NCBI GenBank assembly: GCA_041661345.1
Contig: JBAZUO010000005.1
Coordinates: 3,977-67,976 of the forward strand
Length of the DNA stretch: 64,000 bases
Reading direction: 5' to 3'
Source: Candidatus Omnitrophota bacterium
GTDB taxonomy: Bacteria > Omnitrophota > Gorgyraeia > 2-01-FULL-45-10
Positions 18,523 through 28,604 of this stretch are shown in pieces. The position numbers and the translations under genes are program-made. The notes under the pieces are model-generated. The model was not told where the DNA came from and ran no database searches. It saw nothing but the letters and a program-made list of their open reading frames with translations. Positions within the stretch are counted from its first letter, which is position 1, and every line of letters starts with the position of its first letter.

Positions 18523-18547
18523 AAAGTTTGCGTTTAACACTCCACGC

Positions 18548-19066
18548 TTACTTGGTATTGGCCCCCTCTTCCGAACCCGCGGACGCCGCGGACCTGTCTA
18601 CCGGACCGGCGGCATATTTCGAGAGGAGCTCCCATGTTCTTGCCCCTACAATGCCGTCAGAGTTTAGGCCATTGGCCTTCTGGAAACTCCTTATGGACTT
18701 CCTTGTGCCTTTTCCTTTGACTCCGTCAATCTTTCCATTATAGAATCCTGCATTCTGAAGGCAGGCCTGTATCTCCTTCATATGAGCGTGGGATTTAGTG
18801 CTTCTATTTTTAATGGTAACATTGGTCTTTACCGTTTTTTCCTTTTCGGCCTTCATCTCCTCGAGCTTCTGGGCCTGCTCACTGGCCATGCGTTCAACAT
18901 CAGTCTGTTTGGACTCAACACCTTCCACCCTTGATTCGAGAGTATCGACTTTCGATTTTATTCCGGAAACCTCTTCTCTGAATTTTTTCGGAACCGTTTC
19001 GCAACCGGATATGAAAACAACCGTTGCTATCAGCGCGATAAAATATACAAAACCTTTTCTACCCAT
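18548..19066 (-). CDS. Coiled-coil lipoprotein with C-terminal PG_binding_1 domain
   Basis: 172 aa. Lipobox ISGC, coiled-coil segment, then IQACLQNAGFYNGKIDGVKGKGTRKSIRSFQKANGLNSDGIVGARTWELL. Confidence 0.78.
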   Translation of the reverse strand: MGRKGFVYFIALIATVVFISGCETVPKKFREEVSGIKSKVDTLESRVEGVESKQTDVERMASEQAQKLEEMKAEKEKTVKTNVTIKNRSTKSHAHMKEIQACLQNAGFYNGKIDGVKGKGTRKSIRSFQKANGLNSDGIVGARTWELLSKYAAGPVDRSAASAGSEEGANTK

Positions 19067-19132
19067 TCCACCCCTCCTTAAGTTCTAAGCACTTACAAAG
19101 AATTATACGTGATACTTCACGTATTTGCAAGA

Positions 19133-19441
19133 TTATTGTTTGTTTCTGTTGATACCGGGCAATATCTTCTTTACAAATATGAAGACAACGAGCGTTATTA
19201 TCGCAAAGTCCAGCAATGAGCCTAAAAAATTACCTATTTTAAGATGTAACCTGCCGAATACGATTTCCGCCTCGCGCCAGTTTCCGCTCGGTATTATTAT
19301 TCCAAGGAACGGCATTACCAGGTCGGAAACTATAGCCGAGACCATCTTAGTAACGGCATTACCGACGACTATACCTACAGCGATGCCTATCGCGTTGTAT
19401 TCCTCGACAAACTCCACAAGCTCTTCCCTGATCTTCTTCAT
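19133..19441 (-). CDS. mscL: Large-conductance mechanosensitive channel
   Basis: 102 aa. FVEEYNAIGIAVGIVVGNAVTKMVSAIVSDLVMPFLG is collinear with the E. coli MscL TM1 region, and a second TM helix is present. Confidence 0.78.
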   Translation of the reverse strand: MKKIREELVEFVEEYNAIGIAVGIVVGNAVTKMVSAIVSDLVMPFLGIIIPSGNWREAEIVFGRLHLKIGNFLGSLLDFAIITLVVFIFVKKILPGINRNKQ

Positions 19442-20211
19442 AAAAGCTTCGCGGCCTCTTTGACCGAGGCGCCATCGTGGACTATTCTACGGATCGCCTT
19501 GATCACACCCACGGCATTATTGGACTGCCAGATGTTGCGCCCCATATCCACGCCTCTAGCGCCTTCATTCACCGCCGCATACGCAAGCCTTAACGCATCC
19601 ATCTCCGTCTTAAGTTTCGGCCCGCCAGCTACTACGAGCGGGACCGGGCAGGATTTCACCACCCTTTCAAAATCTTCACAATAGTAAGTCTTCACCATCT
19701 GGGCCCCCAACTCAGCGGCAATCCTGCAGCATAGTCCCAGGTACCGCGCATCGCGCTTCTGGAGCTCTTTGCCGACGGCCGTTACCGCAAGAACCGGCAT
19801 TCCGTATCTCTGGGCTTCGCTGACGAGATTACCTAGCGCGATCAGCGTCTGATGTTCATGCTCTGTCCCGACGTAGATCGAAAAGGCAGCCGCCGAGGCA
19901 TTAAGACGGATCGCCTCTTCCACTGAAGTCTGAACGGCTTCATTCGAGAGCGCGGGACCGACTATGCTATTACCGCCCGATACTCGCAGGATCATAGGAA
20001 GATCCAGCCCGGCATCAACGCAATTTCTTAAGACACCGCGGGTAAGCATCAGGGCATCGGTGTATGGTAAAAGCGGAGCGATCGTCTTTGCCGGCTCTTC
20101 GAGTTTTGAGAGCGGCCCCAAAAAATATCCATGATCGATCGCAAGCCATACGACCCTTTCATCTCCGGGTTTTATCAGACGCGACATCCTGTTCTTCATG
20201 CCCCAGTCCAT
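19438..20211 (-). CDS. Class I aldolase, DhnA/FbaB (archaeal-type fructose-bisphosphate aldolase / DeoC-LacD superfamily)
   Basis: 257 aa. LAIDHGYFLGP, GAQMVKTYY (Schiff-base Lys context) and VVAGGPK. Adjacent to pckG. Confidence 0.65.
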   Translation of the reverse strand: MDWGMKNRMSRLIKPGDERVVWLAIDHGYFLGPLSKLEEPAKTIAPLLPYTDALMLTRGVLRNCVDAGLDLPMILRVSGGNSIVGPALSNEAVQTSVEEAIRLNASAAAFSIYVGTEHEHQTLIALGNLVSEAQRYGMPVLAVTAVGKELQKRDARYLGLCCRIAAELGAQMVKTYYCEDFERVVKSCPVPLVVAGGPKLKTEMDALRLAYAAVNEGARGVDMGRNIWQSNNAVGVIKAIRRIVHDGASVKEAAKLL

Positions 20212-20214
20212 TGT

Positions 20215-21987
20215 TCACCTCACAAGTTTTTTCTTCATCATATCCAATTCGTCCCGCATTTCCTGCGGCAAGCGGTTTCCGAATTTCTTGAAGAATTCTT
20301 CTATATCAGCGCCTTCGCGCAACCATCCGTCCTTATCGATAGCGAATAATTTTTTAAGATTATCCTTGGAGATATCCAGGCCGGACATATCCAGGTCTTC
20401 TATCTTCGGAACAAGCCCTATGGGTGTCTCGTGAGCGCCGATCCTGCCATGAACCCTGTCTATCACCCATTTGAGAACGCGAATATTATGGCCAAACCCC
20501 GGCCATAAATATTTACCGCCTTCGTCTTTCCTGAACCAGTTTATAGAAAACACCCTCGGTTTATAAACAAGCTTCTTCTCTATGTCGAGCCAATGTTTGA
20601 AATAATCCGCCATATTGTAACCGCAGAAAGGCAGCATCGCCATTGGATCGCGCCTCACGACTCCTTCTTTGTGGCTTGCCGCCGCTGTCGTTTCGGACCC
20701 CATCCGCGCGCCCAGAAATACATTGTTGGCCCAGCTCTTACCTTCAACTATTAGAGGCAAGAGGCGCATGCGCCTTGATCCGAAGAGGATCGCGGATATC
20801 GGAACGCCCTGCGGATTTTCAAACAAGGGGGAAAGTGTCGGGCACTGGTATGCCGACACTGTAAATCTCGAGTTAGGATGCGCGGCTTTAGTGCCGGAAG
20901 AGGGATCCCATTTGTTGCCATTCCAGTCTATTACATTTTTAGGCATTACGCCGTCCGCACCCTCCCACCACGGCTCGTTCCTGTCGGAGTCTATAGCGGT
21001 ATTCGTGAAAAGCGTCGGATAAAAGGTGCCCTTCTTAAGGGTCTTCATCATATTGGGGTTGGTCTTGTTCGAAGTGCCCGGCGCTACGCCGAAAAACCCC
21101 GTCTCCGGATTTATCGCCCACAGCCTGCCGTCTTCGCCAACGTTCATCCATGCTATATCATCGCCGACAGTCCAAATCTTGTAGCCGGGCAGGACCGACT
21201 CCATCATCGCGAGGTTCGTCTTGCCGCACGCGCTCGGAAGCGCCGCCGCAATATATGTGGTATCGCCGCTCGGGTCCTGGGCGCCGAGTATAACCATGTG
21301 CTCGGCAAGCCATCCTTCCTTCAGGCCCAGGTACGACGCTATCCGGAGCGAAAAGCATTTTTTCCCCAGAAGAGCGTTGCCGCCATAACCCGATCCTATG
21401 CTCCACACAAAATGCTCGTCCGGAAAGTGCATTATAAATCGCTTGTTTGAATCGAAATCCCCCACCGAGTGCAGGCCCTTCACAAAATCTTTACTATTAC
21501 CTATCTTATCTATGACCTTTTTGGTCATGCGTGTCATTATGCGCATACTTATCGCCACATAGACGGAGTCCGTGAGCTGTATACACGCCTTGGCGTAGGG
21601 AGAATCGGGGTGGCCCATCATGTAAGGAAGCACATACATCGTCCTGCCTTTCATGCAGCCTTCGGAGAGTTTGCGCATCTTATCCTTGGCCTTGTCCGGC
21701 GCCATCCAATTATTTGTAGGCCCGGCCGTCTCTTTGTCGGGATGGCAGATATATGTAAGATGCTCTGTTCTTGCGACATCAGTAGGATGGCTACGGTGAT
21801 AATAGGCTCTGGGAAAGGTCTTCTGATTAAGCTCTGAAAAGACCGGATGGCCGGATATCTTCTCTTCTTTAATACCGATCTCGACAAGCCTACGAGCTTC
21901 TTCTTCGGAACCGTCACACCAATATACCGTGTCCGGCTTTGTAAGTTTTGCCTGTTCCTCTACCCATCTTTCAAGTGGTGTGCTCAT
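20215..21987 (-). CDS. pckG: Phosphoenolpyruvate carboxykinase (GTP)
   Basis: 590 aa. GSGYGGNALLGKKCFSLRIAS, ALPSACGKTNLAMM (kinase-1a P-loop) and WFRKDEGGKYLWPGFGHN are typical of GTP-PEPCK. Confidence 0.92.
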   Translation of the reverse strand: MSTPLERWVEEQAKLTKPDTVYWCDGSEEEARRLVEIGIKEEKISGHPVFSELNQKTFPRAYYHRSHPTDVARTEHLTYICHPDKETAGPTNNWMAPDKAKDKMRKLSEGCMKGRTMYVLPYMMGHPDSPYAKACIQLTDSVYVAISMRIMTRMTKKVIDKIGNSKDFVKGLHSVGDFDSNKRFIMHFPDEHFVWSIGSGYGGNALLGKKCFSLRIASYLGLKEGWLAEHMVILGAQDPSGDTTYIAAALPSACGKTNLAMMESVLPGYKIWTVGDDIAWMNVGEDGRLWAINPETGFFGVAPGTSNKTNPNMMKTLKKGTFYPTLFTNTAIDSDRNEPWWEGADGVMPKNVIDWNGNKWDPSSGTKAAHPNSRFTVSAYQCPTLSPLFENPQGVPISAILFGSRRMRLLPLIVEGKSWANNVFLGARMGSETTAAASHKEGVVRRDPMAMLPFCGYNMADYFKHWLDIEKKLVYKPRVFSINWFRKDEGGKYLWPGFGHNIRVLKWVIDRVHGRIGAHETPIGLVPKIEDLDMSGLDISKDNLKKLFAIDKDGWLREGADIEEFFKKFGNRLPQEMRDELDMMKKKLVR

Positions 21988-21988
21988 T

Positions 21989-23026
21989 TTATTCCTGTGG
22001 TTTGATTATAACTTTGATCGAATCTTTGGCTTCGGCAACAAGCTTAAATCCCTGAAGCGCCTCGCCGAGGCCGAATCGATGCGTTATCATATCATGAATA
22101 TTAATTTTATGCGAGGCAATTTTTTCCAACGCCCGACGATGGTCATCGGGGCTTGCCGCATAGGAGCTTACAACCGTAACTTCATTTCTCCAGAATATAT
22201 CGTTTATTGGAACCGGAAGCAGGGCATCCTTGGGCGCTGAAGCAAATATCAGGACAGTGCCTCCCCGCTCAACGGACCTTAAGGCCTGTTCGAACGCGGA
22301 TGCCGCGCCGGCGCAAATGATAACATAATCGGCCAGGTATCCGTCATTAAGGCTCCTTAATTTCTCCGGGGTATAATCCTTCGCGTTGATCGCGTGATCG
22401 GCTCCGAATTTCTTCGCCGCCGCAAGCCTGAAATCGGATATGTCTGTAGTTATTACCCGTTTTGCGCCTTGCAGCCTGGCTAGCTGAATATGAAGCAGCC
22501 CCGCTATTCCGCTTCCAACCACGAGAACCGTTTTAGCTTTCGGATTTGTGAATCCAGCCAAACGCTGGCCTCTCAGGACGCATGCCAACGGCTCTATAAA
22601 CGTCGCTTCCTCAAACGATACATTATTCGGTAATTTATAAACGCCGCCTTTTTCAATATTGATCTTCGGAACACGTACGAATTCGGAAAAACCGCCCGGA
22701 TCGAAGTTCGTCTTTCTCAGGGTATCACAAACCGATTCATGGCCGGCTTTGCAGAAACGGCATTCTCCGCATGGCACGTGATGCGAGGCTGAAACCCTGT
22801 CTCCTACTTTGTAACCTTTAAGGCCTTTCCCGATCTCGGTTACAACACCCGCGATCTCATGCCCCAATACAAGCGGTACCCTATTAATGCGATACCACTC
22901 GAGACAATCCGTACCGCAGATACCGCTGGCCTCGATGCGCACAAGAATCTCGCCGGGACCGATATCTGGTTTCGGCTTCTCTTCAAGTCGGACATCAGAA
23001 TTGCTATAGTACATCGCGATACGCAT
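21989..23026 (-). CDS. Zinc-dependent medium-chain alcohol/polyol dehydrogenase
   Basis: 345 aa. GHEIAGVV, structural-Zn CGECRFCKAGHESVC and GSGIAGL Rossmann motif. Confidence 0.85.
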   Translation of the reverse strand: MRIAMYYSNSDVRLEEKPKPDIGPGEILVRIEASGICGTDCLEWYRINRVPLVLGHEIAGVVTEIGKGLKGYKVGDRVSASHHVPCGECRFCKAGHESVCDTLRKTNFDPGGFSEFVRVPKINIEKGGVYKLPNNVSFEEATFIEPLACVLRGQRLAGFTNPKAKTVLVVGSGIAGLLHIQLARLQGAKRVITTDISDFRLAAAKKFGADHAINAKDYTPEKLRSLNDGYLADYVIICAGAASAFEQALRSVERGGTVLIFASAPKDALLPVPINDIFWRNEVTVVSSYAASPDDHRRALEKIASHKINIHDMITHRFGLGEALQGFKLVAEAKDSIKVIIKPQE

Positions 23027-23047
23027 ATGGCTGGAAGTGCTCTATCC

Positions 23048-23527
23048 TTACAATATCCTCTGCAGTAAAGACGTAATAAAATCTCCGTTTTTATTTTTAC
23101 TGTCGGGAATATTTATCTCATCTATCTTTGCAACGCCTTTTGATTCGAGGGTTTTTCTTATACTCTTAAAACAATTACCAACCCCAAGGCCGCTGCCTGA
23201 AGTCAAAACTACAATAATCCTTTTCCCGTTTAAGCCCGAGGCTTTATCGAGAAACGTATTCATTGCCGGCGTCGGCACGAACGCCCAGACTGGGGAAGCG
23301 ATTAAAACCAGATCATATGAACTCACATCATATTTGACACCGGCTTCAAGTTCCGGCTTCTCTCTGCGGCGCGCCGCGGCACATTGTCCGATAAAGGTCA
23401 TCACCCCCTTTACGGGTTTAAGCCTCTGAATATCAGCCTGTCCTTTTACCCCAAGGATCTTCGCGAATATCCTGGCTATCTTGTCAGTATTGCCGCTGAA
23501 AGAATAATAAGTCACAAGGCTCTTCAT
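23048..23527 (-). CDS. Flavodoxin-family protein
   Basis: 159 aa. LVTYYSFSGNTDKIA FMN-phosphate loop and IASPVWAF. 4-nt overlap with the BNR gene. Confidence 0.75.
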   Translation of the reverse strand: MKSLVTYYSFSGNTDKIARIFAKILGVKGQADIQRLKPVKGVMTFIGQCAAARRREKPELEAGVKYDVSSYDLVLIASPVWAFVPTPAMNTFLDKASGLNGKRIIVVLTSGSGLGVGNCFKSIRKTLESKGVAKIDEINIPDSKNKNGDFITSLLQRIL

Positions 23528-24597
23528 AGAGGCCTCCCCTCAATCCATTTTTCATCGGTTACAAAATGAGCTATGCTCTGCCTGCAGTCGTAAGAGTAGA
23601 CCACATGAATAAGCCCGACGCCATCCTGTATGATAGACGGATAGACATTGATACTGCCGGATTTAAACTCAATCATCCTCACATATGGCCATGTCCTGCC
23701 TTCATCATGCGATAAGGCAATGCTTATACCTTCGCGGCTTAATTTGGAATCATTGAATACAAGGGCAACATTACCACTCTTAAGTTTTATCATTACGAGA
23801 GAGCAGCCCGGATTTTTGACATTGGAAACCCACTGCTTTTTCCAACTGCGGCCGAAATTATAACTTATCGCCTGCCAGGATAAACGCGGCCACATACCGG
23901 TTCGCGTAAGCGCAAATAAACTCAAATCTGAACGCTGTATTATAGTGGGCTGGATACCGAATAAAAAGAGCATGTATATAGGTTTACTCCAGGTTAAACC
24001 GCCATCTCTGGAGATGCTTACCGCGGACGAGGTGCTAAGATCGGTATATAACGGCAGAATGGTCTGTCCGTCCTTAAGTGTTATTGGATTCGCCCTGACT
24101 AAAAAACCGGAAAATGCTTTAAGGTCATGGATCTCCCCCCACGTATGCCCGAAATCCATGGACACCCTCGCGTACACCTTGTTATCAACAATTTTCCACC
24201 ATCTCGTTTCCGCCACCCAGAATAACCACAGCTTTTTATCCGGGCCCAGAAATAAGACCGGATTTTTGTCGGAATGGCCCGGGGTTTCATTAATAATTAA
24301 TGGTTTCGTCCATTTATCGGCACCAACCGGTTTTCTTGCAGCCCATATAACTGTTTTAGGACTTCCACGCTCAGGCGGAGCATACCATGCGACGAATAAT
24401 TCTCCTCCGGGTAGTTCCACAATGGCTGGTGCATGAGACGAAATAACCTGCCCTGGTTCAAAAACTAGTTCCTTATGGGGCAGCTTGTGATAGGCATTAA
24501 CCGGTTCCGCGGCCACATTGATCGGAATGGTGAAAAAAATTACGCTTGCCAGGAAAAGCCCGGCTAGTGTAGAAATAACCCTTCGTTTAATTGTCAT
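23524..24597 (-). CDS. Secreted BNR/Asp-box repeat beta-propeller (sialidase-like fold)
   Basis: Start set to ATG at 24597 (GAGGAA SD; the ORF-track start at 24633 adds 12 aa before the signal peptide). Asp-boxes SMDFGHTWG, SRDGGLTWS and SHDEGRTWP. Confidence 0.72.
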   Translation of the reverse strand: MTIKRRVISTLAGLFLASVIFFTIPINVAAEPVNAYHKLPHKELVFEPGQVISSHAPAIVELPGGELFVAWYAPPERGSPKTVIWAARKPVGADKWTKPLIINETPGHSDKNPVLFLGPDKKLWLFWVAETRWWKIVDNKVYARVSMDFGHTWGEIHDLKAFSGFLVRANPITLKDGQTILPLYTDLSTSSAVSISRDGGLTWSKPIYMLFLFGIQPTIIQRSDLSLFALTRTGMWPRLSWQAISYNFGRSWKKQWVSNVKNPGCSLVMIKLKSGNVALVFNDSKLSREGISIALSHDEGRTWPYVRMIEFKSGSINVYPSIIQDGVGLIHVVYSYDCRQSIAHFVTDEKWIEGRPL

Positions 24598-24719
24598 CAG
24601 TTCCTCGTCTTCATCACACTGGAATAGACACAAGAGTCACTGATTATAGAACTTTTATACGGGAGTTTCAAGCATTATTCCAAGTTACGCCCTACGCAAC
24701 CCTTTGATTGAAAGCATTT

Positions 24720-25484
24720 TCATTTGCTTATCTCAGATTTCATAAATCGCCGTTTTAAACCCGATATCAGTTCGGCAATAGCCCCCACCGGGCAAAAATA
24801 CCTGCACCAAAATCTGGGTATGAAAAAGGCTGCGATCAATATCAACGCGGCAATAAAAACGGTTACCCCCATCCATTTATAACCCACAGATTCAAAATAT
24901 GCCAGTGCCTGAGAACCGGACAAAGTCAGGGAATACATCCAGGCAGTTAGAAGCAGCACCATATATACTGAAAAATAATCCCGAAGAGGCAGTTTAAAAT
25001 TCTGCTTTGAAATCTGAGTCTGACAGTTCTGAAATGCCCCAAAAGGGCAAAGCGATGTACACCAAAATCTTCCGGATAAATTCAAGATAAGGAATGAGCT
25101 GAAAACGAAAGCCCTCGACATCCCCCATGGGCACCTATCCGGACAGACACGACAAAATACGTAAGGCACTTTAAAATAACATCTGAAAACCGGCAAAAGT
25201 AGTATCGGGATAAAGATCATGCCGTATATTAATTTTAAGATCCATCGGATCGACATCTTACGAGTAAGCAATTGAAATATCAAAAAACAGAAAGCCAGGA
25301 TAATAGCTATCTTGACCAGAAGCTGAAAATTATTGCTCCACAAGAAACGAAGACGATATATCGCATCTGCGTGCGCTGCGGCCAGCGAAAGGCTTGACCC
25401 AAATAAAAAAAACACAAAAAATAAAATAATCGTTTTTTTATCTTCCCGCAACATAATAGAACAACATCCTTTTTTTTGGCGCAC
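24720..25484 (-). CDS. Polytopic membrane 4Fe-4S-binding protein (Fer4_5 / NapH-NosR-like)
   Basis: 254 aa. Three C..CP.G-type motifs after TM helices (FCRVCPDRCPWG, WCTSLCPFGAF, WCRYFCPVGAI). The start may be the internal ATG at 25454. Confidence 0.65.
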   Translation of the reverse strand: MRQKKGCCSIMLREDKKTIILFFVFFLFGSSLSLAAAHADAIYRLRFLWSNNFQLLVKIAIILAFCFLIFQLLTRKMSIRWILKLIYGMIFIPILLLPVFRCYFKVPYVFCRVCPDRCPWGMSRAFVFSSFLILNLSGRFWCTSLCPFGAFQNCQTQISKQNFKLPLRDYFSVYMVLLLTAWMYSLTLSGSQALAYFESVGYKWMGVTVFIAALILIAAFFIPRFWCRYFCPVGAIAELISGLKRRFMKSEISK

Positions 25485-25579
25485 CCTACCGGTAAATTAT
25501 ACGCCTTGGCCTAAACCTATCAACTATTAGCTGCCCCCTATTGAATGTTGCAAATACCGCCAGCAAAGCCTTCACAAGC

Positions 25580-26380
25580 TCAACTCTTTCGAAAAATAAT
25601 AGTAAACCACTGATGATTGACATACTCCGCATAAAGCGGGCCATACCCCCTATCCTTAGCCTTACTAATTTTCAAAAATATGCACTCGAGCTTTAATCCG
25701 CTCGAAATATCGATCGCTTTATCTGCCCATCTCGAATAATATAAAATACCTTTTTCTGGAAATAAATTAAAGCGATGCAACCCACTATAACCCGTTCTCT
25801 TCCCTTCATTAACAAGTCCCTCAATAAATATTATTCCTCCTTTTTTAGTGACATTATACATATTTTTAAAAGCCCTTCCGGGAGACTGCATATGGTCCAA
25901 GGCATTACTTGAATAAACCATATCGAAAGTATTCGCGCTAAACAGGTCTAATAATTTTTCGCCTTTTCCTCTGATGGGCTTGACCGGATAAAAATAGCCT
26001 TTATCTGTCATTATTTTTTCATACTCTTTTGCAAGAGGATCAACAGCAACTATATCACATAAATTTTCAACCGCCGCTAATGCCAAAAGTGACACCGGCC
26101 CGGAACCGACTTCGAGTAATTTTATCCGGCCATTATTTGTTTTTTTAAGATCAACAATGTAGCCCATCAGCTCTTTTGGGAAAATCTTCTTCCATGATTC
26201 CGAGTTAGACATCAATTCCCAGCTAGATGGTATGAATTCTTTCCACCAATTTATTTCAGCTCTGAAATCCGGTTTGATTAACAGGATGCCTTTTGTAAAT
26301 CTTACACGTTGTTCACTTATTTTAACCTTACCGAATGTCAGCATCTTTATACAATTAGCTATAATTTTCGATTTATTCAT
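25580..26380 (-). CDS. Class I SAM-dependent methyltransferase
   Basis: 266 aa. Motif I LLEVGSGPV, followed by DIVAVDP and FDMVYSSNALDH. Confidence 0.78.
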   Translation of the reverse strand: MNKSKIIANCIKMLTFGKVKISEQRVRFTKGILLIKPDFRAEINWWKEFIPSSWELMSNSESWKKIFPKELMGYIVDLKKTNNGRIKLLEVGSGPVSLLALAAVENLCDIVAVDPLAKEYEKIMTDKGYFYPVKPIRGKGEKLLDLFSANTFDMVYSSNALDHMQSPGRAFKNMYNVTKKGGIIFIEGLVNEGKRTGYSGLHRFNLFPEKGILYYSRWADKAIDISSGLKLECIFLKISKAKDRGYGPLYAEYVNHQWFTIIFRKS

Positions 26381-26533
26381 ATTTTTAATCCTTTGAGTAT
26401 TTTGGCATATCTGGCGTCGTCAAATGAAATTATACCCCTTAAGCGTATAAAGGTGAAGGGAAAATGCGGCTTGGAAGTATTGGTTGAAAAATTTGAGTTG
26501 TATTTTTTATGGCTTAATGATAGCTTTGTAGCT

Positions 26534-27940
26534 ATGAATATATTCCTGGTATATCCGCTGGTTTTTCAAAAAATAGACAGGGCTTCCCATGTCCACCACC
26601 CTTTTCCTGCCCTGGGATTAGTTTATATCGCTACGGTCCTTAGAAATAAGGGTCATAGAGTGGAAATCGCGGACAGGAACGAAATCCTGATAAAGAACAA
26701 CTATGATCTCGCCATTACGGACAAGGTGGTTCTCGACAGGATAAAGGTGTCCCGATCGCAGATCGTGGGTTTCAGCGCAACAACTCCCCTCATGTATGAC
26801 GTGATACATTTTTCTAAATTGCTCAAGAAAGAACTGCCCAATATTGTAACGATTGCCGGAGGTCCGCACCCCACCGCCGAACCGAAAGAAACATTGATGA
26901 GCTGTCCCGACATAGACCTTGTAGCCGAAGGAGAAGGCGAAGCTACTATGCTGGAGTTAATTGGCCGCTTCCCTGATTCCAACGTCCCGGGAATATGGAA
27001 AAGAGCAGGAAATAATTTATATACTGCCGGTAAGAGGGAGCTATCACAGGATCTGGATGAGATACCTATACCTGATAGAAACTTATTAAATATGGAATTC
27101 TATGTCGCGCCAACGGAAGAACGGCATCTTTTCGGTAGGCATACCACCATATTTACGTCGCGCGGCTGTTTCGGAAGGTGCCGCTTCTGCGCCGGCCCCT
27201 TGATGTTCCCCGGGAAGATAAGATACCATTCTCCTGACTACGTTATAGAGGAGATCGAAAAGATAATCAACCTTTACAAAATTAATTATATCTATTTCGC
27301 GGACGATATGTTTCTGACCCGGATCGACAGGGCCCAGGCCATTTGCGACAAGATCCGCGAGAGGGGCCTTCATAAAAAAATGAAATGGATATGCCAGATC
27401 TCGGCCGTTTCGGCAAGCCTCCCGGTACTGAAGATGATGAAAGAAGCCGGATGTGTATTAATAGAATGCGGTTTCGAATCCGGTTCGCAGGAAGAGCTGG
27501 ACAGGATGAATAAGAGGGCTTCCGTTTCGAAATATTACGAACTGGCCGCGATCGCTCATAAAGTAGGTTTAAATTTCAGGGCGAACATGATAAAAGGATA
27601 CGTGGACCAGACAGAAAAGGATTTCATGTTATCCGGCGAGTTCATTAAAAAGATAAAGCCATATTTCACTAATTTTAATAACTTCTGGCCGCTCCCGGGA
27701 ACAGAGGCATACAAGGAACTGTTAAAAAGAGGATATGAAATAAGCTGGCAGGACTGCACCGATTTCCGGCAGAATTTCACCAAAATGTCAAACGAGAGAT
27801 TTACGGAATTGACCCATGAAATACAAAAGCGGATCGTCAGCCCTTTGAATAAGAGTAATTTCAAGAGATACCATTTGCTACATCACCCTGTATATTTGTT
27901 AAAGCACATCTATCAGAAAAATTTTGGCCATTCACACTGA
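26534..27940 (+). CDS. B12-binding-domain (class B) radical SAM enzyme
   Basis: Start set to ATG at 26534 (MNIFLVYP...); the track start at 26309 would overlap the divergent methyltransferase. N-terminal Rossmann-like cobalamin domain (GLVYIATVLRNKGHRVEIAD, IAGGPHPT), then CFGRCRFC (CxxxCxxC). One of only two plus-strand genes. Confidence 0.82.
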   Translation: MNIFLVYPLVFQKIDRASHVHHPFPALGLVYIATVLRNKGHRVEIADRNEILIKNNYDLAITDKVVLDRIKVSRSQIVGFSATTPLMYDVIHFSKLLKKELPNIVTIAGGPHPTAEPKETLMSCPDIDLVAEGEGEATMLELIGRFPDSNVPGIWKRAGNNLYTAGKRELSQDLDEIPIPDRNLLNMEFYVAPTEERHLFGRHTTIFTSRGCFGRCRFCAGPLMFPGKIRYHSPDYVIEEIEKIINLYKINYIYFADDMFLTRIDRAQAICDKIRERGLHKKMKWICQISAVSASLPVLKMMKEAGCVLIECGFESGSQEELDRMNKRASVSKYYELAAIAHKVGLNFRANMIKGYVDQTEKDFMLSGEFIKKIKPYFTNFNNFWPLPGTEAYKELLKRGYEISWQDCTDFRQNFTKMSNERFTELTHEIQKRIVSPLNKSNFKRYHLLHHPVYLLKHIYQKNFGHSH

Positions 27941-28456
27941 CGGAGACGAAAGCTCGGCTACTGCCCGATTAAAACATTTATTAATTTGCGCAACTATGTT
28001 GCCCCTTCGCATATTTTGCCTTTCCTTGTTAAGATATTGCTCAAATTCTCGCGCGATGATTGTATTAGGGATAGAATCGATGACCTCACATAACTTTTTC
28101 TTGTCCAATGACTTTATGTCTCTGATTGCCTGCCATTTCGTCATCGTATCACTAACTTTATAAGTCGTTCTTAAATAAAAAGGCAGATACTTTATAATTC
28201 TATAAGCTTCCGCGTATTCCCGCTTGAATTTCTCTTCACTCATCTTATCTAATTTATCGATATTTATTCTCTTCAATTTATCAACATCCGCCCTCGCCAC
28301 AAATGCCTTTGCCAAGGCCTTAAAAGCCGGGCCGATTCGATTCCCGACAGTACTATTCTCTTTGGCAAAGATATGCCCGGCGGGAAATAAAACTGCAACA
28401 ACAAACAATACTGCCAGACCTACCGACGCGGCCCTTGCCGTTTTCCGTGTGCTCAT
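27932..28456 (-). CDS. Secreted alpha-helical protein, unknown function
   Basis: Start set to ATG at 28456 (GGAGG SD 6 nt upstream). Signal peptide, K/E-rich helical body, no recognisable domain. 9-nt convergent overlap with the plus-strand radical SAM gene. Confidence 0.5.
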   Translation of the reverse strand: MSTRKTARAASVGLAVLFVVAVLFPAGHIFAKENSTVGNRIGPAFKALAKAFVARADVDKLKRINIDKLDKMSEEKFKREYAEAYRIIKYLPFYLRTTYKVSDTMTKWQAIRDIKSLDKKKLCEVIDSIPNTIIAREFEQYLNKERQNMRRGNIVAQINKCFNRAVAELSSPSV

Positions 28457-28604
28457 GTCATACCTCCACATACAATAAATTATACCCCTCCGATTTACAA
28501 TGAGATTCTAGGGACGTTTTTAAAATCAAGATTGGATCTGTCCCCTGCAAGGGGCATATCTGAAACTAATTATGAAAGCGTCCCTGGACATCCATTGGAT
28601 TTGA

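Noticed and set aside
26309-26533. The 75-codon N-terminal extension of the plus-strand radical SAM ORF given in the track.
   Set aside because: It overlaps the divergent methyltransferase start by 72 nt and has no homology-like features. The B12-domain fold begins at MNIFLVYP (ATG at 26534).
28510-28585. Nested inverted repeat (AGGGACG ... CCCC-TGCAA-GGGG ... CGTCCCT) between the second B12-radical-SAM gene and the secreted-protein gene. Considered as a cobalamin riboswitch or other cis-regulatory RNA.
   Set aside because: There is no B12-box-like consensus and none of the multi-stem architecture expected of a cobalamin riboswitch. The stems are short (7 and 4 bp). It is more likely a weak intercistronic hairpin. 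An Rfam scan would settle it.
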